This document shows positions 10,035 to 19,946 of a DNA stretch of 64,000 bases, in pieces. The stretch is from positions 3,648,001 to 3,712,000 of the forward strand of contig OY764216.1 in the NCBI GenBank assembly GCA_963668315.1, written 5' to 3'. How positions within the stretch are numbered: position 1 is the first letter of the stretch; each line of letters begins with the position of its first letter. The notes under the pieces were generated by a model, which did no database searches, was not told where the DNA came from, and saw only the letters and a program-made list of their open reading frames with translations. Position numbers and translations under genes: made by a program. The DNA comes from Spirochaetia bacterium. GTDB taxonomy: Bacteria; Spirochaetota; Spirochaetia; DSM-2461.

Positions 10035-12761
10035 TTAGTGGATATCACCCCAACGGCTGCCGGTCTCCACATTCACATGGAGGGGAACACTCAGGGTAAC
10101 GGTTTTTTCCATTATCTCCTTCACGGCGGCAGCCAGCCTCTCCTGATCACCCCGGGGAGTCTGGAATATACATTCGTCATGAACCTGGAGCAGCATATGC
10201 GTCCCGGGGAATTTCTCCTCTACCATGGGAGCCAGTTCCAGCATGGCTTTTTTAACAATATCCGCCGCCGTACCCTGAATCCGGGAATTGACGGCAGCCC
10301 GTGCCGCGCCCTGCTGTTCCGTCTTATTTCTGCTGTTGATGCCCCTGATGGTCCTGAAGCGTCCCATCATGGTGTAGACGCCCTCATCCTTGCGGGCATC
10401 TTCAACGGTTTTATCGATAAAGTCCCTTATCCCGGCGTATTTATCAAAATAGGTATCGATAAATTCGGCGGCCTCTTTTCTGGGGATCTTCAGTTCATTA
10501 CTCAGGCGGAAAGCCGACATACCGTACATAACCCCGAAGTTGATGGTTTTCGCAATCCGTCTTTCGTCGGCTGTGATTTCGCTCTCCTCTTTGCCGAAAA
10601 TCAGGGAGGCGGTCTGACGGTGCACATCCTTCCCCGAAAGGAAAGCCTGTTTCAACCCCTCGTCGCCGGAAAGATGGGCCAGAACAACCAGTTCAATCTG
10701 GGAATAGTCGGCAGAGAGGAATACCGTCCCCTCATCGGCGGCGAAGGCCATACGGATCATCCGGCCCTTTTCATCCCTGACGGGAATATTCTGTAAGTTG
10801 GGGTCCTTGCTGGCGATACGTCCTGTGGCCGTACCGGTCTGGACAAAATGGGTATGGAGCTTCCCTTTTTCATCCACAAGATCACCGAGAGAATCGATAT
10901 AGGTTGATTTAAGCTTGGCCAGCGTCCGGTGGGAAAGAATGAGCTCGGGAACGGGATCCTGACGGGCAAGCTCGCTCAGTACTTTTATATCGGTGGAGTA
11001 CCCGGTCTTTGTTTTTTTACCCGTGGGAAGCATTCTTACTTCAAATAAAATCCTCTGAAGCTCTTTGGTTGACCGGATATTGAATTCCTCGCCGCAGAGT
11101 TCATAAATTTCCTTTTCGATCCTGTCCATTTCCACGGCCAGGACCTCTCCGTAATCCTTCAGCTCCTCCCCTTTCAAGGTGATCCCCTCCAGCTCCATGT
11201 GGGCCAGAACATACACCAGAGGCATTTCAATATCATAGAAAAGTTTATCAAGTTTTTTTTCAATGAGTCTCTTCTTGAGAACCGAAAACAGTTTCAGCGT
11301 AATATCGCTGTCTTCCGCGGCGTAGGGGACGGCTTTTTCGAGAGGAATGGTATCGAACGTCTTGCCCTTGGGAACCACATCAGCGAAATGGATTGTTTCA
11401 TAATTCAGATATTTCAGGGCCAGGGCATCCATATTGCTGCGCTCATCGCTTTCCAGCATCCAGGCGGCGATCATCGTATCAAAATAGAGCTCAGGGAGTT
11501 TCAGCCCCCAGCGGGTCAGCACTTTATAATCGTATTTGAAGTTCTGTCCGATAAGCTTGAAGCTTCCCTCATTAAACAGTTCCTGAAGCTTGCTTTTAAC
11601 GAAATCCTCGTCTAATACATTCACGCCCTTACATCTGACGGGAATATAAAAAGCCTTCCCCGGTTCGAAGGAGAAAGAGAATCCCACGGGACGGGCTGTC
11701 ATCTCGTCCAGACCGTCGGTCTCGCAGTCGAAGGCAAGAAAAAGAGAATCCTTGGCTTTTTTCCACAGGGCTTCCAATTCGTCTTCCGTCAGTATGGGTT
11801 CATAGGCGGCACCGGAGGTTTCCCAATTCATAAGAGAGCTGGACTCATCAATCTCAGCTTCCTTCTCAGCGGAGGGAACGATAATATCTTCGGAAGTAAA
11901 GAAACGGGCAAACTCCGAATAAAGGGTGTTGATTTCCCATTCTCTGAATAGCTCCTGGACTTTTTCGCCGTTGCAGGGGGCATCCTCATCAATATCCAGT
12001 TCGGCATAATCCATCTCTGTAACGATAGTAACAAGCTTACGGCTGAAAAAAGCATTCTCCCTGTTCTCAATCAGCTTTGAGCGGAGTCCGGCGGCTTTAA
12101 TATTCTCTACATTCTCATAAATATTATCCAGGGTTCCATATTCGGCCAACAGCTTCACGGCGGTTTTCGGACCGACACCGGCGACACCCGGAATATTATC
12201 CGCCGCATCTCCCATCAGAGCCAGATAATCGATCATCTGACCGGGCTTCACCCCCCGGTCTTCCAGGACATCCTCTTCGTTCATCAGGATAAACTTGGAT
12301 TTATCCGGTTTGAGGATATGGATATGGGGCGATACTAGCTGCAGCAGATCCTTATCGCCGGAAATAATGTAAGCCTCGTTGCCTTCTCTCTCTTCCCGTT
12401 TCGCCAGGGCTCCCATTAGATCATCGGCCTCGAGACCGTCAAAGGAGACCACAGGAAGCCCCATGGCCTTCAGTATATCGATGATGGGCTGTACCTGATC
12501 ATGCAGATCCTGGGGCGTTTTATCCCGATTGGCCTTATACTGATCATACATCTCATGCCGGAAGGTAGGCGTCATGGAATCCATGGTGATGTAAAAACGC
12601 TTGGGCTGGAACTTTCGGTAAAAGGAAAAAAGGGTATTGAAAAATCCGTAAATTGCGGAAATATTCTGTTTCTTGCTGTTTATAAGGGGATTTCTGATGA
12701 ATCCGAAATAGGACCTGTAGATAACGCTGTATCCGTCCAGTAGGTATAGGGGTTCTTTCAT
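10035..12761 (-). CDS. polA: DNA polymerase I
   Basis: 5'-3' exonuclease (LLDG, EADD, SGDKDL), 3'-5' exonuclease (FDCET, YAAED), polymerase motifs ADYSQIE, AKTINFG, QVHDE. Confidence 0.97.
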   Translation of the reverse strand: MKEPLYLLDGYSVIYRSYFGFIRNPLINSKKQNISAIYGFFNTLFSFYRKFQPKRFYITMDSMTPTFRHEMYDQYKANRDKTPQDLHDQVQPIIDILKAMGLPVVSFDGLEADDLMGALAKREEREGNEAYIISGDKDLLQLVSPHIHILKPDKSKFILMNEEDVLEDRGVKPGQMIDYLALMGDAADNIPGVAGVGPKTAVKLLAEYGTLDNIYENVENIKAAGLRSKLIENRENAFFSRKLVTIVTEMDYAELDIDEDAPCNGEKVQELFREWEINTLYSEFARFFTSEDIIVPSAEKEAEIDESSSLMNWETSGAAYEPILTEDELEALWKKAKDSLFLAFDCETDGLDEMTARPVGFSFSFEPGKAFYIPVRCKGVNVLDEDFVKSKLQELFNEGSFKLIGQNFKYDYKVLTRWGLKLPELYFDTMIAAWMLESDERSNMDALALKYLNYETIHFADVVPKGKTFDTIPLEKAVPYAAEDSDITLKLFSVLKKRLIEKKLDKLFYDIEMPLVYVLAHMELEGITLKGEELKDYGEVLAVEMDRIEKEIYELCGEEFNIRSTKELQRILFEVRMLPTGKKTKTGYSTDIKVLSELARQDPVPELILSHRTLAKLKSTYIDSLGDLVDEKGKLHTHFVQTGTATGRIASKDPNLQNIPVRDEKGRMIRMAFAADEGTVFLSADYSQIELVVLAHLSGDEGLKQAFLSGKDVHRQTASLIFGKEESEITADERRIAKTINFGVMYGMSAFRLSNELKIPRKEAAEFIDTYFDKYAGIRDFIDKTVEDARKDEGVYTMMGRFRTIRGINSRNKTEQQGAARAAVNSRIQGTAADIVKKAMLELAPMVEEKFPGTHMLLQVHDECIFQTPRGDQERLAAAVKEIMEKTVTLSVPLHVNVETGSRWGDIH

Positions 12762-13156
12762 GTGGTTATATCGATCATTCCTGGTTTGGCCGTACGGATG
12801 TCATAACGATTATAGCGCAAGTCCATCCGGCCGTTTTTTCTGTTCAACGAACTAATCTCATCATGAAGGGCCCCCTTCATTCTGTCAAGGGAATGGGAAA
12901 TCTTTTTCAGACAACTTTCGGCATGGTCCAGGAGAATATCCCTTTCTCCGGTGAGAGGCGCTATGGCCATGCTTTCCATGACCCGGCGTATTTTCATCAA
13001 TTTCCGGATTCCGATCTGTTCCTGCTCTGCGTAACGGGGCAACAGCTCTTCTTTATGGAGATTCTTATAAAACACGGAGAGGAAGTGACTGTATGCCCTC
13101 AGGCACTCCACTTCCTCTTCCTGAATCCTCTGAAAATATGCTTCCCCGTTATTCAT
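12758..13156 (-). CDS. Hypothetical protein, possible flagellar chaperone (FliT/FlgN-like)
   Basis: 132 aa helical ORF wedged between fliS and polA; function inferred from position only. Confidence 0.6.
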   Translation of the reverse strand: MNNGEAYFQRIQEEEVECLRAYSHFLSVFYKNLHKEELLPRYAEQEQIGIRKLMKIRRVMESMAIAPLTGERDILLDHAESCLKKISHSLDRMKGALHDEISSLNRKNGRMDLRYNRYDIRTAKPGMIDITT

Positions 13157-13579
13157 TTATCCCGCGATATTTATGGCCGTTCTGGGAACGGATCTCTCTG
13201 TCTGGACCTGATTTTCGATAGTAGCCCAGGCTCCCCGCAGATCATCCATGAAACGGGCGATCTGAAGGACTTTCTCTTCACTCTTCTCTATATTGGCTTC
13301 CAGAAGAGTCTGATTGAAATAGATATACAGATTCATCAGATTGGAGGCGATTTCCCCTCCCGCCTGCATATCCAGCGAAGACATCAGCTCGGAAATTATA
13401 GCCTGAGCCTTGGTGATGCATTTATTGACTTCATCGTAACGGGCCTTATCATTCACTTTCAGAAGATCGGCACCGATTTCCAACTGGCGGACAGCTTCTT
13501 CGTACAGCATAACGATGAGCCTGCCCTGGCTGGCTGTTTTAATAGATGTTTCTTTATAGGCACTCAAAGGGCTATTCAT
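13157..13579 (-). CDS. fliS: Flagellar export chaperone FliS
   Basis: AYKETSIKTASQGRLIVMLYE, LMSSLD...GGEIASNLMNLYIY, LRGAW. Confidence 0.94.
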   Translation of the reverse strand: MNSPLSAYKETSIKTASQGRLIVMLYEEAVRQLEIGADLLKVNDKARYDEVNKCITKAQAIISELMSSLDMQAGGEIASNLMNLYIYFNQTLLEANIEKSEEKVLQIARFMDDLRGAWATIENQVQTERSVPRTAINIAG

Positions 13580-13613
13580 AATTTCCTCCCATCAGAATAG
13601 TACTCTATTGTAA

Positions 13614-13641
13614 ATATCGGAAGCCTTTTCACGTGACTTAA
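13614..13641 (-). promoter_or_regulatory. sigma28 (FliA) promoter of fliS
   Basis: Minus strand TAAG-N15-TCCGATAT versus consensus TAAA-N15-GCCGATAA, upstream of a class 3 flagellar gene. Confidence 0.75.
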
Positions 13642-13644
13642 CCT

Positions 13645-15924
13645 TTATTTGCTGTGTTCCATCAATAATCCGACAGGGACAACCTCGTATCCCTCCTTTA
13701 TCAATCCATTTAGGAGCAGTTCCAGTTTCTGGAAAACATAATCATCCCTTTCGGCCTCGGAACCGACACTCAGGGGTATGATGGAACCGGGCTGAATCTG
13801 TTCTCTGATTTTACCTATGATCTCATCCGCTCCGTAGTAGAGGAATTCATCGTCCCTATTCACCCAGTCCAGGGTTTCCACATCCCTGCCTACGTAAGTA
13901 TAATTCATTTCCTCCGAGGCTGCCACAATTTCTGAATTGACGAAATACCACGGGGCGTGCCAAAGGGGAAGCAGTTCCCTTCCGGTGGCGCGGAAAAATT
14001 CATCCTCGTTTCTGGCAAGTCCGCGGATGATGAAGTCCTTATCAATATTATATTTTCTGTCTGTCATATTTATGACCGTGTAGAAAAGAGAGCCCAGTTC
14101 GTGGCCGGAATCGGCCAGAGCCTTAATCGCCTGGGGATATTTTCTTATGGAATCGCCATTAACAAAAAACGTGGTTCTAATATTGTATTCCGCCAGGACA
14201 TTCAATATATCCATCATTCCGGTTATATTATTGGTCACATTGAAAACGAGGGATACCTCCCTTCTTCTTGAGCGTGAACCGTTGTTAAAGATCAAAGAAG
14301 GGGCGTTCCCGGAATCCCCTGAATCAAGGGGGATAAGGGTCTGCTCCATATCTGCCAGAAGAGGCTCCGTGCCGAAATCCCTGGACTTTCGTACCATAAG
14401 AAGATTTCCATATATGACCGGCCTGTTATTGTCCGTCAGAAAAACCCGGTAACTGTCATTGCTGACCTCTCTCTCCCGATAGAAAAGATCATCCGTCTCC
14501 TGCCAGGTGTCATTCTCTTCGTCAAGCAGATAATTCTTCCCTTCCGATGTCAGCTGGGGGTGTCCGTCCAGGCTGAAGCCGTAATCATCGCATTGGGAGA
14601 AAAACAGAACCTGGTTCTTCTCTGTCACGATATCGTATAAAGAAGTCTCTCCCTCTCCGAGAAGGATAACCCTGGACTCATCGGCCCAGTAACAGGCCAT
14701 GTTGGGACCGAGATCGGCGGTACGCAGAAGGGTCCATCTCCGGCTGTCCCGAATATTCAGTTCATGGCGGTAGAGCAGAACGATATTCTGCTGGTCCGGA
14801 CTTAGTGCCATATCGACAACGCCTTTCTGTTTGGTTTCCACAAAGGAATCGATGGCCTTTTCGGGATCATACTTGTACAGGACGCCCCCGGTATTTTCCG
14901 CCAGTTCACTGCCCGTTAAAAGGTAAAGCTGCCCTGAATCTGACCAGAGGATTTTCCGGACTTCCGAACCTACGGGCAGTTTGAGGAAGGGGAAGCGGGC
15001 GATTTTGCCGTAATCATTGTAATTGCGGAATTCGAGATTAACAAGAAAGAGGGCTCCCCCTTCTCTCTTCACAAGTATTTTTGTTCTGTCCGGACTGATC
15101 CAGAAATCATCGAAATTACCGTTAAAATCAAAAAAGAGCTGACCGGCCACCGTACCGATCTGCAGGGGACTGTCGTAAAAGGACAGGGCGAACATTTCGT
15201 TTGCCTGAACGGACAGCACTTCGTTTCCCACAATAAAATAGAGCCGTCCGTCACCGCCCCATTTGAAGCTGCCGGCGCCTCCTTCCCCGAGACGTCTCGT
15301 CTCTTCTTCAGGCAGCTTATCCTCCAGAAACCTGTCGATGGAAAAATAATAGAGAGATCCCTGCTTGACGTAGGCGAAGAAACGGGAGTTTTCCGACCAT
15401 CTTATACTGCTTCCTTTATAATCCATCGTAACCGAGGAAGTGATAAGGCTGCTGTACCCCTTTTCACGGTCGAAGAGAAGAAGGTCTCCTTTCGTCCAGA
15501 CCACGGCGCGGTAATAGATTAAAAAACGGCCGTCCGGAGATATGCTCATGGGAAGCAGTTTTCCCAGCTGGACCGTTGATCCCGTTTCCAGCGAAGGATA
15601 AATATCCATGCGCCGGGGTAGAGCCGTGTTTTCTCCGCTGAAAACATAAAACCCGAACCGGTTCCAGAGGAAGAGCTCACCGCTCCGTGAGGAGTAGAAA
15701 TGCTCCTCGGGATAATGGGTCAGGAGAGAGAGGGACCGGTCATCAAGATTTGAACGGATCAGGGCCCCGTAATTCCCTTTTCCATAGGAATCGCTGTGGG
15801 TGGCCATAAACATGAGGGTATCGTCTTCTCTTAAATCGGGATCGGAGAAACGGGTTTCACCCCATAGGGGAAGGAGCATGAAGAGGAACAGGGCTTTTAC
15901 GAAAGGGGTTTTTAAGGGTTTCAT
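13645..15924 (-). CDS. Exported protein with beta-propeller-like region and C-terminal polysaccharide deacetylase-like domain
   Basis: Signal peptide; ISPDG/SPD repeats; C-terminal TTFFVNG, GHELG, WHAPW, LDW, PGSII. Canonical TFDD is replaced by VFNV. Confidence 0.75.
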   Translation of the reverse strand: MKPLKTPFVKALFLFMLLPLWGETRFSDPDLREDDTLMFMATHSDSYGKGNYGALIRSNLDDRSLSLLTHYPEEHFYSSRSGELFLWNRFGFYVFSGENTALPRRMDIYPSLETGSTVQLGKLLPMSISPDGRFLIYYRAVVWTKGDLLLFDREKGYSSLITSSVTMDYKGSSIRWSENSRFFAYVKQGSLYYFSIDRFLEDKLPEEETRRLGEGGAGSFKWGGDGRLYFIVGNEVLSVQANEMFALSFYDSPLQIGTVAGQLFFDFNGNFDDFWISPDRTKILVKREGGALFLVNLEFRNYNDYGKIARFPFLKLPVGSEVRKILWSDSGQLYLLTGSELAENTGGVLYKYDPEKAIDSFVETKQKGVVDMALSPDQQNIVLLYRHELNIRDSRRWTLLRTADLGPNMACYWADESRVILLGEGETSLYDIVTEKNQVLFFSQCDDYGFSLDGHPQLTSEGKNYLLDEENDTWQETDDLFYREREVSNDSYRVFLTDNNRPVIYGNLLMVRKSRDFGTEPLLADMEQTLIPLDSGDSGNAPSLIFNNGSRSRRREVSLVFNVTNNITGMMDILNVLAEYNIRTTFFVNGDSIRKYPQAIKALADSGHELGSLFYTVINMTDRKYNIDKDFIIRGLARNEDEFFRATGRELLPLWHAPWYFVNSEIVAASEEMNYTYVGRDVETLDWVNRDDEFLYYGADEIIGKIREQIQPGSIIPLSVGSEAERDDYVFQKLELLLNGLIKEGYEVVPVGLLMEHSK

Positions 15925-15960
15925 TAACTTAATTATCGGAGGAACAGGAAATAATCTGTA

Positions 15961-16209
15961 TTAATTATTAATGAGTCGGTCTTCAATGAGCGAATTGATT
16001 TCCTCTTCCAAATCTCCCAGCTGACTCTCCATTTTTTCAAGAGTGGCCAGCTGGTTGTTACGATGTACGCGAGTCAGGTTTTTCACTACTCTGTCTACAG
16101 TTACGTTAGGGTCTTCACTTTTGAAAAGATTCTTGCCGCACCAGGGACAATAGTGGAACTTCAGGTTGACAATTTTTCCGCACCAAGCGCAGAATCGTAC
16201 TTCTTCCAT
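15961..16209 (-). CDS. Zinc-ribbon protein with C-terminal coiled coil
   Basis: CAWC...CPWC; upstream TGGACA-N18-TATACT. Confidence 0.75.
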   Translation of the reverse strand: MEEVRFCAWCGKIVNLKFHYCPWCGKNLFKSEDPNVTVDRVVKNLTRVHRNNQLATLEKMESQLGDLEEEINSLIEDRLINN

Positions 16210-16253
16210 AAGTTAAGTATAGTTGAAATGACCTGAGCTTGTCCAATGGTTTT

Positions 16254-16562
16254 TTAATTTTTCATAAGCCTGACAACGATCTCTATACGGTTGTAGAGGA
16301 CATCGGAAATCTGATCTCTTTCCAGTCTTCCCTCGGCCAGAGCATCGGCTATCATGAGCACGGGATCGCCATGGTCCCGGCTTCCGCGGATCTGCCCGTA
16401 ACGCAGGAGCATCCTGTCCAGGTCATGAAAAGTTACGGTTCCCTTCTTCCATCCCCGGAAAGCCTTTTCAAGCTCTTTAAGGTACTCTCCCCGCTCATTA
16501 TCACCCAGAAAAGCCATGAGTCTCTCGATTTCGTCCTGTTCTTCCAGCGTATATGATTTCAT
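16254..16562 (-). CDS. Hypothetical protein
   Basis: 102 aa, coupled to the PIN-PhoH stop (TAATG). Confidence 0.7.
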   Translation of the reverse strand: MKSYTLEEQDEIERLMAFLGDNERGEYLKELEKAFRGWKKGTVTFHDLDRMLLRYGQIRGSRDHGDPVLMIADALAEGRLERDQISDVLYNRIEIVVRLMKN

Positions 16563-17884
16563 TAAAGCAACTCTGCCGCCAGATCGGCAAGGGGGCTCCG
16601 TTCCGTTTGAGAAAGGGTGATATGCCCTGCGAGGGAAACGGATTTAAAACATTCCACGAGATAACTCAAACCGTTCGATTCGGCATCAAGATAGGGGCTG
16701 TCGATCTGGAACGGATCGCCGCAGAGGATGACCTTGGTTCCCTCTCCCGCCCGGCTCACCACCGTTTTGACTTCATGGGGCGTCAGATTCTGAGCTTCAT
16801 CAATAATGATGAACTGTCTCGGCAGAGAACGCCCCCTTATATAGGTGAGGGCTTCTATCTCGATGATCTTATTATTAAGAAGCTGATCGATGCTTTTCAA
16901 ATTCTGCTGTTTCCCCGACTCGATAATCAGTTCAAGATTATCAAAAACAGGCTGCATCCAGTGATTCATCTTCGCCTGTTTCGCCCCCGGGAGGTATCCG
17001 ATATCATTCCCCATGGGAATGATCGGCCGCGTGACGAGAACCCGGGAATATTTCTTATCGTTAAGCGTTTTCTTCAGTGCCGCCGCCAGGGCGAGCAGGG
17101 TTTTCCCCGTACCGGCCCTGCCGACCATGGTGACCAGGGGAATATCGTCATCAAGGAGCAGATCGAAGGCCATCCGCTGTTCAATATTCAAAGGTTTTAT
17201 CCCCAGTACGGACTCCTGGTGTGAATTGACGAAATTCAGCCTTTTGTCCTCTTCGCTGTAACGGCCCAGGTGAACCGTTTTTCCCTGGCCCTTTTTGTGA
17301 ACAATTACAAATTCATTGGGCTGGATGGGATCGGCATATTCCCGGTAGCCGTCTATGCGGAATTTCTCGAAGTTTTCATCGTCAAGGGTCATTTCTGTCA
17401 TGCCGCCGAAAAGGGACATGATGTTCACCTTATTCTTCTCGTAATCAACGGCTTTCAGCCCCAGGGCCGTCGCCTTGATGCGGGCGTTGATATCCTTCGA
17501 AACGAAAAAGACCGAATTCCCCTTCTCCATTTCCTCGAGGGCGCATAGAATGATCTTGTTATCCATTTTCTCGAGAAGAAAACCGGGGGGGATGTTTTTA
17601 CTGTAGCGCAAGCTGACACGGAGAGTCCCCCCGTTGTCCAGCCTGACCCCCCTGTGAAGCGAACCCTTGCCTACCGCATCATTGATGCGCCGTATGGCGT
17701 GCCGGGCGGATCGGCCCCTTCCGTGATGATCCCTTTTGAGATTATCCAGTTCTTCCAGCACCCAGAGGGGCAGAACAACATCGCATCCCTTGAAAGATAA
17801 AAAAGCATCGGGCCGGTGAATCAGGACATTCGTATCAAGTACGAAGACCTTGTTTTTTCCATGTCTGTGTTCGTTATTCTTCAT
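16562..17884 (-). CDS. PIN-PhoH protein (PhoH2/YlaK family)
   Basis: PIN motifs VLDTNVL, VLEELD, VSKDINARIKA; PhoH motifs GRAGTGKT, YIRGRSL, IDEAQN, GDPFQID, ERS. Confidence 0.93.
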   Translation of the reverse strand: MKNNEHRHGKNKVFVLDTNVLIHRPDAFLSFKGCDVVLPLWVLEELDNLKRDHHGRGRSARHAIRRINDAVGKGSLHRGVRLDNGGTLRVSLRYSKNIPPGFLLEKMDNKIILCALEEMEKGNSVFFVSKDINARIKATALGLKAVDYEKNKVNIMSLFGGMTEMTLDDENFEKFRIDGYREYADPIQPNEFVIVHKKGQGKTVHLGRYSEEDKRLNFVNSHQESVLGIKPLNIEQRMAFDLLLDDDIPLVTMVGRAGTGKTLLALAAALKKTLNDKKYSRVLVTRPIIPMGNDIGYLPGAKQAKMNHWMQPVFDNLELIIESGKQQNLKSIDQLLNNKIIEIEALTYIRGRSLPRQFIIIDEAQNLTPHEVKTVVSRAGEGTKVILCGDPFQIDSPYLDAESNGLSYLVECFKSVSLAGHITLSQTERSPLADLAAELL

Positions 17885-18602
17885 TTTTCATCCCCATTTC
17901 GTCCAAAACCTGAGCCAATAACCCGGGGTCATCAGTAAATATACCGTCAACCCCCCAATTAATCAGCCTGATCATGTCACTTTTCTCATTTACCGTCCAC
18001 GGCTGTACTTCCACACCGCGGGAATGGGCATATTCAATCATGGCCGGACTTACCAGGCGCAGAGGTCCGTAGGTTTCACATACCTGCATATACTTTATGG
18101 GATAGGGTTTTCCTTTGCGGATTTTAAGTTTGCAGCTGATCCAGAAAAGCATGACTTCCCGGGGGGACATGGAAGTGGAGCAATCGGGGAAAAGCTTTCG
18201 GAAGTATCTGAGATTGGAGTGGTAAAAGGAAGCCACCGTCACGCGGTCACCGGCCTTTCTCTTCCGCAGAGTACGCACCACCATGTCAATCAGCCAGGGG
18301 TCCTTGTCCTTCAGGTCGATATTGCAGCGGAGCCTGGGATAGCGGTGCAGGAAGATATCAAAGGTCATGGCGCCTTCGAGCTTGAGAAAATCGGTACTGT
18401 TCATTCCCCTGATCGCCGTGGGGCCGTATCCGTCGTCAACCGTGTCGTCATGATTCAGAACGACCTTGTCATCACTGCTCCTGTGAAGATCCGTTTCAAG
18501 AACATCGGCCCCTTTCTGCCGGGCGCTTCTGAACGCGGCAGAGCGGTTTTCGGGAAAATACCGGGAATCTCCCCTGTGAGCAATGATCTTGACTCTCTCC
18601 AT
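17874..18602 (-). CDS. Glycerophosphodiester phosphodiesterase
   Basis: IIAHRG, PEN, ETDLH, HD, WTVN, GVDGIFTDDP. Confidence 0.92.
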   Translation of the reverse strand: MERVKIIAHRGDSRYFPENRSAAFRSARQKGADVLETDLHRSSDDKVVLNHDDTVDDGYGPTAIRGMNSTDFLKLEGAMTFDIFLHRYPRLRCNIDLKDKDPWLIDMVVRTLRKRKAGDRVTVASFYHSNLRYFRKLFPDCSTSMSPREVMLFWISCKLKIRKGKPYPIKYMQVCETYGPLRLVSPAMIEYAHSRGVEVQPWTVNEKSDMIRLINWGVDGIFTDDPGLLAQVLDEMGMKNEE

Positions 18603-18614
18603 AGGTGTGTCCTC

Positions 18615-19940
18615 CTAATCCTGCTGGTTTGACAATTCCTGTATCTGCGTCATCAGTTTTCTCAGCTCTGTGATCTGATTGGTTCTATCATCAAGGGCCG
18701 TTTCGAGGTCCTCCTTATCTTCAAGGAGGCTCTCCCGCTCATTGTTCAGATCCCGGATACTGGCGTTTTTCCGGTTTATCTCGGCGGTGAACTGATTCTT
18801 CTGGGCTTCTATTTCGGCTTCATGCTGCTGACGCATTCGGTTCAGAATGGCTTCAAAGGATTCGGCGGATTTTTCTTCCTCCGATATGGTTTCCTCAAGA
18901 CCGGAAGGCTCCAGTTTTATCAGATAGATCCTGTCTTCTCCTGCCTTGATCACCAGATGCATGGTTCTGTCCAGATAGCCACGTTTTCTCACCAGAACAT
19001 TCAGTTCGCTTCCCACATCGAATAATCCGGAAAAATAACCCGTGGCGATTTTCCGCCCTTCAATGTAAATATCAGCTCCGGCGGGGGAACTTTCCAGAAC
19101 GACGGTAACCGGCCAGGCGCCCTGCTCCACACTGATCTGGTTCATTCGTTTGAGGTTATCAATTCTGAGGGAGGCGCTTTCGCCCATGGGGTATACGGGG
19201 GAACGGGAACGGTCGTCCTGGGCGATGAAGACCTGTTCTCCCGTCTCGACGAGCGGTTCGGTTCTCTCCTCACCGTCGACGGTATAGTGAACGGAACCCT
19301 CTTCAACAGCCAGAAGGACACCGTCCTTGGAACGCATGACAAGAAATTCCGTACCCTTGACCTCGTAGAGGACTCCGTCAGATTCCACTTCGAACTGATC
19401 GCTTTCACTCAGCTTTTTCACCCGGTAGAGCATGGAGCCCATCAGAACTTCCGTTTTTATCTGCATCTCTTTCTGGGCATTGACCAGTTTCTTCATAAGC
19501 ATGACCGTATTGCTGTCCAGACCGGCCGTACCGCGGTCGGAAAACTGAATCTGACAGTAAGACTGGTCCACGACTTTGAGGACATCCCCCTCTTTGAGAG
19601 AGTCCCCTATGTCGGCCGTTATAATCCTGTCATTTCTTATGATATAGACTTCTCCGGAAATTCCCGTGATAAAAACCGCCTTGCCCGAAACATTCACCGG
19701 CGGGAGCTCCTCCGGCTCACCGTACCCGTCATAGGGATCGATGAACCAGGAATAGAGCCCCAGGAACAGAAGGGCCACGGCCACCCCCGCCAGGACAAAA
19801 AGACCGTATTTAAGAAAGGGATTCATCCCCTTTTTCTTATCTTTTTCTTCCTTCTGACCATTACCGGCAGGGGCGGAAGGAACTCTTCTCCTCTTAACGG
19901 CCGTGGTCTCGGGGGATTTTTTCTTATCATGGGATTTCAT
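18615..19940 (-). CDS. FecR-domain membrane protein with PEGA-like domain and C-terminal coiled coil
   Basis: Basic N-terminus, one TM; GDSLKEGD...VKGTEF...VEEGSV (FecR); SSPAGADIYIEG...KRGY (PEGA). Confidence 0.75.
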   Translation of the reverse strand: MKSHDKKKSPETTAVKRRRVPSAPAGNGQKEEKDKKKGMNPFLKYGLFVLAGVAVALLFLGLYSWFIDPYDGYGEPEELPPVNVSGKAVFITGISGEVYIIRNDRIITADIGDSLKEGDVLKVVDQSYCQIQFSDRGTAGLDSNTVMLMKKLVNAQKEMQIKTEVLMGSMLYRVKKLSESDQFEVESDGVLYEVKGTEFLVMRSKDGVLLAVEEGSVHYTVDGEERTEPLVETGEQVFIAQDDRSRSPVYPMGESASLRIDNLKRMNQISVEQGAWPVTVVLESSPAGADIYIEGRKIATGYFSGLFDVGSELNVLVRKRGYLDRTMHLVIKAGEDRIYLIKLEPSGLEETISEEEKSAESFEAILNRMRQQHEAEIEAQKNQFTAEINRKNASIRDLNNERESLLEDKEDLETALDDRTNQITELRKLMTQIQELSNQQD

Positions 19941-19946
19941 CCGCGC

